Positions 57,328-64,000 of a stretch of DNA of 64,000 nt are shown here, one piece after another. Each line of letters starts with the position of its first letter. Position 1 is the first letter of the stretch. Under the pieces are notes generated by a model, which did no database searches, was not told where the DNA came from, and saw nothing but the letters and a program-made list of their open reading frames with translations. Both the position numbers and the translations under genes were made by a program. The stretch comes from Flavobacteriales bacterium (GTDB taxonomy: Bacteria; Bacteroidota; Bacteroidia; Flavobacteriales_D; CALLUQ01): contig OY769938.1 in NCBI GenBank assembly GCA_963669295.1, forward strand, positions 338,792-402,791, given 5' to 3'.

Positions 57328-60174
57328 ATGAAGCATTTTGTACGTTTATTGTTGATCAGTTTTTGTGTAAGCAATGGCCTTGCACAAACCCCCATGCAAG
57401 TTGCAGGTACGGCTACCGTTACCGCCACATCTTCAGGAAATTGGAGTTCACCCCCTACCTGGGGAGGCACCTTGCCTACCAACGACGACAGGGTTTTAAT
57501 TCCCAGTGGCATTACAGTAACTGTAGACGGCATGATTTCGGAAGAGTTTAAATCTGTTAGGATTGATGATGGAGGAAAATTGCAGTTTGCCACAAATGTC
57601 AATACTGAATTAAGAACGGAATACCTGTTTAGTGGGATGAGTGGTATACTCGAAATAGGTACAAGCAACAACAAAATAGCAACGGGAGTTACCGCCAGTT
57701 TGGTTTTCGCTGAACGCGGTGGAACAACAAGTATGGAAGATCCCGACCGCTATGCACCAGGAGCAGTATTGATGGGACCAACAACTATGCATGGTACCGA
57801 TAAAACCAATTGGTTAACCCTGGCAACACACCCATCTGCGGGGGCCACCCAATTTATGCTAAGTGCTGCACCAATAGGCTGGCAAAATGGCGATCAACTT
57901 GTTGTAGCAGGAACCGATCCCATTACCAATGCATCAATTGCCAGCACAGCTGAGTTCGAAAAAGACGAAGTAGTGACCATTACTGGAATCTCAGGCAATA
58001 TGGTAACTTTCACACCAGCTTTGGTTAGGGATCATAAGGCACCAACTCAAGCATCAGATCTGGATGTACATGTCGCTAATCTGACCAGAAATATTGTTGT
58101 TTCATCAGAAAACCCCAGCGTTACCTCAATAAGTGGTGATTTCCGTAAACCAAGAGGTCATATCATGTTTATGCACAACCTCAATGTAGATGTGAGGTAT
58201 GTAGCAGCCAACAACTTAGGTAGGACCGATAAGTCAATCATATTAGACGATTGGGATTTTTCAGATTTGGATGCAAATCAAAATACAGGTTCAGCAGTAA
58301 CCAATGGGCTACGAAATCCGAGAGGTCGCTATTCTTTTCATTTTCACAGGGGTGGAATGAATACGTCTGTTTTTCCGGCAAAGCCCATTACCCCTCTTCC
58401 TACACCAGCGTACATGGAAGGGTATGTTGTTAATACAGATCCCGGGTGGGGATATGTAAACCACTCTTCAAGGGTTGATTTTGTAAGAAATGTGAGTTAC
58501 AACGTATTGGGTGGTGCATTCAATACCGAAGCGGGCAACGAAACAGGCTCTTTTGTTGAAAACATTGCCATAAGAACCGTAAATCCGCAAAACCCAATTA
58601 TGACAGCACCACGGCCACGAAACTCTTACACTGGTGGAGGGCCAACCAATTCATTGGCCGATTTACGGGAAGAACGCCAGGATTTTGCGTGGCAGGGAGA
58701 TGGTTTTTGGTTTCATGGAACAGGAGTGTCTGTACAAGGTAATGTGGTAGCAGGATGTACAGGGCATGCATTTGTTTATTGGACAGAAGGACTTATAGAA
58801 AAAGGCTTAGGAATGGCTCGAGGTGATATTGATGCACATGTGCCCGCAGCAGAATTTCCTGCATTGAATCAGGCATTAAACAATTGGAAAACGACCTACC
58901 CTAACTTCGTTTTAGATGTTTGGTACCTGCAACCAAGGTCTTTTAAAAACAATACGGCTTATAACTTTGCCAGGGGTGTTCAAACCTATTATACGCACAC
59001 CGAATTTCATCGAAAAGTCGATCCAATAGAAACAGACCCTAATGCATGGATGAATGACCTTCCGGCAGTTTACAAAGATCAGTTGAACCTGGTTTTTGAT
59101 AGTACCACACTCTGGAATATTGGGCGTGTAGGCTTTGAGCATAACCATACCACCAACATTACCATTCAAAACTCCAGGATTGTAGGATATGGCGCTCGAA
59201 CAGGGTTTGAAAACTACGGTACCAATCCTTCGCCCAACTATGTGAACGATGAGCCAGAAGTAATTGGGATGGACATGGATTACTACTATAACACGCATCG
59301 CTGGACATTGAACAACAATACTGTTGAGGGATTTTCTGGCAATGCTGTAGGCATCTCATTGCCCAAAAGCGGGCAGGTAACTATAAATGGTGGCACATTC
59401 AATAATGCAGGTACAGATATCCGAATAAATGCAGCTGCAGAGCATTTTGTAAACGACAATGGCGAAGGATTTGGCATAGGGATGCTGTCTACCACTCCAA
59501 CACAATCAGAACTATTGATGCAAGGAGCCATTACTTTTCAAAATTCCAACAACAACATTGTGATGGATGCTGAAATCATTTATGATGAGGTTCCCCAAAA
59601 AGGATTTGCTATGATAGATGGGGCAAAAGAAGATCCATTGTTCTTCTTTGCTCCTTTAGAAGTTACGTTGAATTTTGGGCCATTCAGCAATGCAAGGGCC
59701 TATTTTAACAAGCAAGATGGAAGTTACATTCCATTGGTATCGGGCGGAAATGATTGTGCAATTAGTGACCCTTCAGAATGCGTAGATGGTCAATACGTGG
59801 GGAAAACCAATACACAGCTAAATGCGCAATACAACAACTCGTTTTCAGGAGCCATTACCCCTTCTACTGCTGTAACCCATCCCATGGTTGTAAACGGTAA
59901 AGTTGATGGCATCATTTCAAGCATCGGAGCGCATGAATCACTCCATAATGTTTTCACCGTTTACCCTAACCCCACTGCCCATTCAATTCAAATTGAATCA
60001 ACTTTAAGGAATTACGTTGTAAAAATATTTTCGGTAGAAGGTAAACTCATGAAGGAAGTTAAGGGCACTACCAATGAAACCGTTGACTTGAATAACTTAA
60101 ATGCAGGGGTTTATGTTGTAAAGTTGATCACAAGTGAGGGCCATCCATATACACAGAAAATAATTAAACAATAA
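57328..60174 (+). CDS. G8-domain / right-handed beta-helix protein with T9SS type-A C-terminal sorting domain
   Basis: The ATG at 57328 gives signal peptide MKHFVRLLLISFCVSNGLAQ. The G8-like start reads WSSPPTWGGTLPTNDDRVLIPSGITVTVDG. The long central region is Asn/Gly-rich and beta-helix-like. The CTD reads FTVYPNPTAHSIQI...GVYVVKL...IIKQ. Confidence 0.7.
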   Translation: MKHFVRLLLISFCVSNGLAQTPMQVAGTATVTATSSGNWSSPPTWGGTLPTNDDRVLIPSGITVTVDGMISEEFKSVRIDDGGKLQFATNVNTELRTEYLFSGMSGILEIGTSNNKIATGVTASLVFAERGGTTSMEDPDRYAPGAVLMGPTTMHGTDKTNWLTLATHPSAGATQFMLSAAPIGWQNGDQLVVAGTDPITNASIASTAEFEKDEVVTITGISGNMVTFTPALVRDHKAPTQASDLDVHVANLTRNIVVSSENPSVTSISGDFRKPRGHIMFMHNLNVDVRYVAANNLGRTDKSIILDDWDFSDLDANQNTGSAVTNGLRNPRGRYSFHFHRGGMNTSVFPAKPITPLPTPAYMEGYVVNTDPGWGYVNHSSRVDFVRNVSYNVLGGAFNTEAGNETGSFVENIAIRTVNPQNPIMTAPRPRNSYTGGGPTNSLADLREERQDFAWQGDGFWFHGTGVSVQGNVVAGCTGHAFVYWTEGLIEKGLGMARGDIDAHVPAAEFPALNQALNNWKTTYPNFVLDVWYLQPRSFKNNTAYNFARGVQTYYTHTEFHRKVDPIETDPNAWMNDLPAVYKDQLNLVFDSTTLWNIGRVGFEHNHTTNITIQNSRIVGYGARTGFENYGTNPSPNYVNDEPEVIGMDMDYYYNTHRWTLNNNTVEGFSGNAVGISLPKSGQVTINGGTFNNAGTDIRINAAAEHFVNDNGEGFGIGMLSTTPTQSELLMQGAITFQNSNNNIVMDAEIIYDEVPQKGFAMIDGAKEDPLFFFAPLEVTLNFGPFSNARAYFNKQDGSYIPLVSGGNDCAISDPSECVDGQYVGKTNTQLNAQYNNSFSGAITPSTAVTHPMVVNGKVDGIISSIGAHESLHNVFTVYPNPTAHSIQIESTLRNYVVKIFSVEGKLMKEVKGTTNETVDLNNLNAGVYVVKLITSEGHPYTQKIIKQ

Positions 60175-60197
60175 AGCAGAAAAATAGTCTACAATGG

Positions 60198-60238
60198 CCA
60201 TAAGGTATAGGATCAGCCTCTATTCCTGTACTTTATGG
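60198..60238. terminator. Candidate bidirectional stem-loop between convergent genes
   Basis: ccataaggtatagga / tcctgtactttatgg form a 15-bp stem with two G-U pairs and an 11-nt loop. There is no strong T-tract. Confidence 0.35.
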
Positions 60239-60243
60239 TCAAT

Positions 60244-60630
60244 TCAATCCAACCTCAACGCAATCGCAGCAATCAATGCTTCCTTATCCTCCTTTGCTTT
60301 TGCAAGAAAATTCTGAGGTATGGCCAATCCATCGTAGTGCTTTTCTGACCAAAGCATGATTTCTACCAATACAGGTATGAGGTCCTTTCCTTTCTCAGTG
60401 AGCGAGTACTCTTTCTTGGTCTTCAGTTGTTCATACACCTTTGATGCAATAATGCCATTGGCCTCTAACTTTTTTAAGCGATCCGATAAAATATTGGTGG
60501 CAATGCCCTCTTTCGAGTTTAAAAAGTCTTTATAAAACTTTTTGCCTTCTACTAAATCCCGGATCACCAAAAAAGTCCATTTATCGCCAAATATTTCCAG
60601 TGCATAGTTCACTGGGCAGTTTGATCTCAT
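60244..60630 (-). CDS. HxlR-family winged-helix transcriptional regulator
   Basis: From the ATG at 60630 the protein is 128 aa and starts MRSNCPVNYALEIFGDKWTFLVIRDL, the HxlR signature. The longer track ORF (to 60834) has an implausible Cys/Ser-rich extension. Confidence 0.85.
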   Translation of the reverse strand: MRSNCPVNYALEIFGDKWTFLVIRDLVEGKKFYKDFLNSKEGIATNILSDRLKKLEANGIIASKVYEQLKTKKEYSLTEKGKDLIPVLVEIMLWSEKHYDGLAIPQNFLAKAKEDKEALIAAIALRLD

Positions 60631-60646
60631 GCTTTTTATTTTATTT

Positions 60647-60698
60647 ACTTGCTTTTTGCAAGTGTTTAAGTATATTTGTTTACTTGTTTTTTGCAAGT
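60647..60698. promoter_or_regulatory. Two copies of an ACTTG(C/T)-T5-GCAAGT palindrome in the divergent HxlR / SnoaL-like promoter region, plus a TATATTTG -7 box
   Basis: acttgctttttgcaagt lies at 60647-60663 and acttgttttttgcaagt at 60682-60698, 35 bp apart centre to centre. A TAnnTTTG box at 60671-60678 sits between them and faces the plus-strand gene. Confidence 0.5.
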
Positions 60699-60730
60699 TA
60701 ACTAAATCCAACGAATCAACAACACTTACC

Positions 60731-61210
60731 ATGGATACCATACACATCAATTTCGACCAACTCAAGAAGGGCAATTGGTCTGACCAGGAAACAAAAAACG
60801 TGCAATTGGTGATCGACTTTGTGCAACAGCTCATGAATGATCACAACTTCGACCATGTGCTCCAGCAATTTGGAAACCCGCATTATACCCAGCACAATAG
60901 AGGCATTCCCGACGGCATGGAAGCATTGGTGAACTATGTAAAGAACTTCACCAAAAGGTATCCCGACTATGCTTATGATGTGAAACACATTTATGCCGAT
61001 GGCGATTTCGTGATTTTTCACTCGCAGATCACTACCAACAAAAAAGATCGGGGCAACGATAAAAAGGGATTCAATGCCAGTGATGCCTGGAAAATAAAGG
61101 ATAACCAAATTGTAGAGCATTGGGATTCCCTTCAGCCAATGAATGGCTTCTTGCGGTTTTTCTTTTGGCTCATCGGTGGAAAAATTGCCAACACCAATGG
61201 GGTGTATTGA
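60731..61210 (+). CDS. SnoaL-like / NTF2-fold protein
   Basis: The ATG at 60731 gives 159 aa. The pattern ...YTQHNRGIPDG...ADGDFVIFH...DAWKIKDNQIVEHWD is typical of SnoaL-like polyketide-cyclase-fold proteins. The gene is divergent from the HxlR regulator. Confidence 0.6.
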   Translation: MDTIHINFDQLKKGNWSDQETKNVQLVIDFVQQLMNDHNFDHVLQQFGNPHYTQHNRGIPDGMEALVNYVKNFTKRYPDYAYDVKHIYADGDFVIFHSQITTNKKDRGNDKKGFNASDAWKIKDNQIVEHWDSLQPMNGFLRFFFWLIGGKIANTNGVY

Positions 61211-61400
61211 TTAATAGTATAAGGCATAACAAGTGCTTCAATTGTAATCGATGAATCAATGTAAAGCATTGCCAAATGATATGAGGTAACTTCCTTCTTC
61301 CTCTGCGCTGCTCATCCAGCAACTACAAATACTCTTACAGCTAACTCTTTTCCAAAGACAAACGATTGACTTATTTGTAAGAATGTAACATTTAATTTGC

Positions 61401-61418
61401 TTAGTTAGGATTCCTTAC
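61401..61418. promoter_or_regulatory. TTAGTTAGGA-type motif, copy 1, abutting a TATATTTG -7 box (61419-61426)
   Basis: ttagttaggattccttac lies upstream of the thioredoxin-fold gene. Confidence 0.35.
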
Positions 61419-61461
61419 TATATTTGTAACGCAATAATGCATTAACCTTAATACATTCAAA

Positions 61462-61695
61462 ATGAGTCAATCAATTTTTTATCACGCTGGATGTTCTGTA
61501 TGTGTAAGTGCAGAACACGATATCGTTAATTTACTTGGAGAAGACAAGGTAGAAGTAGTTAACATTGGAGAGGATAGAGCTCGAATTTCAGAAGCCGAAG
61601 CAGCTGGAGTTAAATCTGTTCCTGCCCTGGTTACTCCAAATGGTAATACGCTGCACATCAACTTTGGCGCATCAATGGCCGATGTAAAAGGTTAA
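61462..61695 (+). CDS. Small thioredoxin-fold protein with CxxC (redox-active-disulfide-protein-like)
   Basis: 77 aa with an N-terminal HAGCSVCVSAE CxxC motif and a later VPALV cis-Pro-like motif. Confidence 0.6.
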   Translation: MSQSIFYHAGCSVCVSAEHDIVNLLGEDKVEVVNIGEDRARISEAEAAGVKSVPALVTPNGNTLHINFGASMADVKG

Positions 61696-61706
61696 TTTTT
61701 AACCCA

Positions 61707-61724
61707 TTTAGTTAGGACTCCTAT
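61707..61724. promoter_or_regulatory. TTAGTTAGGA-type motif, copy 2 (contains perfect palindrome TAGGA-C-TCCTA)
   Basis: ttagttaggactcctatc begins 12 bp after the thioredoxin-fold gene stop. Confidence 0.35.
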
Positions 61725-61854
61725 CATACAATAACATCTTGATCTACCCCTATTCTTAAAATGAATATTGACTGTATTGTATGAAACGGATAACTGAAAA
61801 ATTAATTACTGCGCTTAAAACCAATTGATTATTGGAGTAAGAAACTGCAATTAA

Positions 61855-61873
61855 TTTAATTAGGATTACTAAC
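61855..61873. promoter_or_regulatory. TTAGTTAGGA-type motif, copy 3, abutting a TAACTTTG box (61870-61877)
   Basis: tttaattaggattactaac lies upstream of the MarR-like gene. Confidence 0.3.
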
Positions 61874-61876
61874 TTT

Positions 61877-61907
61877 GCCTGTCGAATAAATTTCGGCAGG
61901 CTTTTTT
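61877..61907 (+). terminator. Terminator-like hairpin plus T6 ending 1 nt before the MarR-like start codon
   Basis: gcctgtcgaa / ttcggcaggc form a 10-bp stem (one U-G pair) with a 5-nt loop, followed by tttttt and then the ATG at 61908. Confidence 0.5.
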
Positions 61908-62516
61908 ATGAAGAAAAGTACATTCAACCCGGCACAGCAAGAAAAGGATATTTCAAGTAAAATCGTTGCAGGATTGGAACGAGTTTCAGAAGTATTTAAA
62001 ATCTTGTTATGGGAGAAAGCTAAATTGATTGGTTTAAGTCCAATACAGATTCAGCTGCTCATTTTTATTGCTTACCACAAACAAGACCTGTGCAATGTTA
62101 GTCATCTTGCCAAGGAGTTTAACATCACTAAACCCACAGTAAGTGATGCCATTAAGGTGTTGGATAAGAAAGGGCTGGTGATCAAAGATTATTCATCTTC
62201 CGACAGTCGTAGTTATTCAATAGCTCTTTCTGAATTGGGAAATGAGGTAGTTGCTCAAACCTATGATTTCTCAGGGCCATTAAAAAAACAAGTCGACAGC
62301 TTTTCACAAGATGAATTAGCACATTTATCAGCCACGTTGATTCAATTGATTTACAAGCTAAACCGCAATGGGATATTGCAAGTACAACGAACTTGTTACG
62401 GTTGCAAGTTTCATCATAAGCACCAAAAATCGGATTATTGTAATTTGCTTCAAAAGGAATTATTAACGCAAGAGATTCGGTTAGACTGTCCGGAATACCA
62501 GGAAAAAGCCAGCTGA
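61908..62516 (+). CDS. MarR-like winged-helix regulator with C-terminal four-cysteine domain
   Basis: The wHTH reads VSHLAKEFNITKPTVSDAIKVLDKKGLV. The C-terminal tail reads CYGCKFHH...DYCNLL...LDCPEY (CxxC...C...C). Confidence 0.6.
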   Translation: MKKSTFNPAQQEKDISSKIVAGLERVSEVFKILLWEKAKLIGLSPIQIQLLIFIAYHKQDLCNVSHLAKEFNITKPTVSDAIKVLDKKGLVIKDYSSSDSRSYSIALSELGNEVVAQTYDFSGPLKKQVDSFSQDELAHLSATLIQLIYKLNRNGILQVQRTCYGCKFHHKHQKSDYCNLLQKELLTQEIRLDCPEYQEKAS

Positions 62517-62696
62517 TAAGACACCGGATTGTTCACTGAATTGTAATGATCAATGGTTCGCTGGACCCAAAATGCGGCATTGCTACAAACAACAGATAAA
62601 ACATAGGCCATTTTATTACCTGGCATGTACAGAAAACAGGGAGAAAAGTGGATGAAACAATTTACAACATTCGTTGAACAACAATAATGATTAATT

Positions 62697-63020
62697 ATGT
62701 GGGAAGAAAAACTTAAACTTTACGACCAATTGGTTGCCAAATGTTCGCGGTTTGAACGCAAAGGCAAAACCATGCCTTATACCTCTGCCAATGGATACAT
62801 GTTTTCATTGCTCAACAAAGCAGGAGAAATAGGCATTCGATTCTCGAAGGAAGTACAAGAAAAGTACATCAAAGAATTTGATTCGAGCCTGTACAAATCT
62901 TACAATGCCATTATGCGAGGGTATGTATTGATTCCTGAAGCCATGTTGGAAGATTTAGACAACGTAGCCAAATACCTGGATGAAAGCTATGATTATGTGA
63001 TGAGCCTTGAGCCCAAATAA
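62697..63020 (+). CDS. Hypothetical small protein
   Basis: 107-aa ORF with an ATG start. Its pattern loosely resembles the next small ORF. No confident family. Confidence 0.4.
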   Translation: MWEEKLKLYDQLVAKCSRFERKGKTMPYTSANGYMFSLLNKAGEIGIRFSKEVQEKYIKEFDSSLYKSYNAIMRGYVLIPEAMLEDLDNVAKYLDESYDYVMSLEPK

Positions 63021-63173
63021 ACGGGCTTAAAAAGTAATCATTGGAGGTCGTTAAAAGAGCTGATAACTACCAGACTGGAGTAATGGTATGGTGATGGGCT
63101 GCCTATAATTTATTGATTGTTCTAAAAGCAATGTCCTATTTCATTCTTGTCGTTTGACATTGTAATAAAAGAC

Positions 63174-63494
63174 ATGATGGAAGAACAATTTTTTAACGAA
63201 ATCAGGGAGCAGTTTTGCTTGCTTGATCCAGGTATTGCTCCTGGCAAAATGATGCGTTCGGAAGCCATTACTTATGAAGGAAAGGTGTTCGCCTTTTTTT
63301 CGCGACAGCAAAAGATGGTGTTTAAACTGGGCAAAGATTTCGACCCCGATCAGGTAGGCATTGAAATTGCTGTTTTTAACCCTTTCAAAAAACGCGGACC
63401 ACTCAATGGCTGGTTTGAAGTGCCCTTTACCGAAAAAGAGCAGTGGCAACCACTTGCCGAAAAAGCATTTACCTTTTTAAAAAACGAGTTATGA
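63174..63494 (+). CDS. Hypothetical small protein
   Basis: The ATG at 63174 (MMEEQFF...) is preferred over the TTG at 63147. The stop overlaps the next gene's ATG (ATGA), which supports the plus-strand reading over the antisense ORF 63141-63449. Confidence 0.45.
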   Translation: MMEEQFFNEIREQFCLLDPGIAPGKMMRSEAITYEGKVFAFFSRQQKMVFKLGKDFDPDQVGIEIAVFNPFKKRGPLNGWFEVPFTEKEQWQPLAEKAFTFLKNEL

Positions 63495-64000
63495 TTACGG
63501 AAAGCTATATTGCCTTTTTCAAGGCATTGAAACAACACAACAACAAAGAATGGTTTCACGCCAACAAAAAAACCTACGAAAAGGAGGTGAAACAACCGTT
63601 TTTGGCGTTATTGGAAACATTGATTCCAATGCTGCAACAGTTGGAACCCACCATTGCCGCTACCCCAAAAGAGGCGTTGTTTAGAATTAACAGAGACCTT
63701 CGGTTTTCGGCCGATAAAACTCCTTATCATACCTTGCTAAAAGCAGGGTTTGCTCCGGGAGGAAAAAAATCGGCATTGCCGGGGTACTACCTGGGCATCA
63801 GTGCTGAGAAGGTGCACGTAGGGGGCGGATTATTTCAATTGAAAGGCCCGGCATTGAAACAGGTAAGAACACAGATTACCCACGAACCCGATGCCTTGAA
63901 CAACATCGTTGATGCCCCTTTGTTTGTGAACACTTTTGGGAAATTAAAAGGGGAGTTATCGAAACGGTTGGATCAGCATTTCCAACCTACATTAAAAATA
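63491..64000 (+). CDS. DUF2461-family protein (TIGR02453-like), 3'-truncated by the window edge
   Basis: This ORF is absent from the track because no stop falls in the window. My own translation reads MITESYIAFFKALKQHNNKEWFHANKKTYEKEVKQPF...FRINRDLRFSADKTPYHT...GYYLGIS. The opening and the RDxRFS motif fit my memory of DUF2461. Confidence 0.65.
   Translation, partial: MITESYIAFFKALKQHNNKEWFHANKKTYEKEVKQPFLALLETLIPMLQQLEPTIAATPKEALFRINRDLRFSADKTPYHTLLKAGFAPGGKKSALPGYYLGISAEKVHVGGGLFQLKGPALKQVRTQITHEPDALNNIVDAPLFVNTFGKLKGELSKRLDQHFQPTLKI

Noticed and set aside
62652-62687. 11-codon mini-ORF (MKQFTTFVEQQ) just upstream of 62697 as a leader peptide
   Set aside because: It is too short to evaluate, no associated attenuator structure was seen, and it is likely a chance ORF.
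63141-63449. 102-aa minus-strand ORF overlapping the 63174-63494 plus-strand ORF
   Set aside because: The plus-strand ORF ends in an ATGA overlap with the downstream DUF2461 gene, typical of operon coupling, and has a more protein-like composition. The minus-strand product is Phe/Lys/His-rich with no motif.

Overview
This is a chromosomal segment from a Bacteroidota genome, probably of the Flavobacteriia or Cytophagia type. Support: six secreted proteins carry type IX secretion (T9SS) C-terminal sorting domains, there are two PorP/SprF genes, the primary sigma factors are about 290 aa, TAnnTTTG -7 boxes are present, and the tmRNA tag reads GDNNYALAA. Layout: 0-9.5 kb holds a fatty-acid hydroxylase, a DUF4856-like / imelysin-like / TonB-receptor trio, two small secreted proteins, meaB and a ~420-bp composite tandem repeat. 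9.9-21.2 kb is a tightly packed five-gene minus-strand operon with two T9SS type-B adhesin + PorP/SprF pairs and an OmpA-family gene. 21.5-30.4 kb holds a BNR-propeller T9SS cargo, a tail-fibre-like repeat protein and a LytTR two-component system. 30.5-50.7 kb is housekeeping (aminotransferase, heptose kinase, TrkH-like, ubiE, PorT-like, fbaB, accD, rpsO, pnp, rpe, saccharopine-dehydrogenase-like) and includes a tandem duplication of the primary sigma factor gene with a mosaic identity pattern. tmRNA lies at 50.8-51.2 kb. It is followed by an A+T-rich accessory stretch with paired DUF486/DMT genes flanked by 38-bp direct repeats, a DinB protein and a convergent type II restriction-modification pair. 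55.5-60.2 kb holds two more T9SS cargo genes (LamG, G8/beta-helix). 60.2-64 kb holds small regulators (HxlR, MarR-like with a Cys-rich tail) with recognisable operator-like motifs. I saw no CRISPR array, transposase, integrase, rRNA or tRNA gene. All family calls rest on motifs read by eye and on memory of the families; no searches were run.
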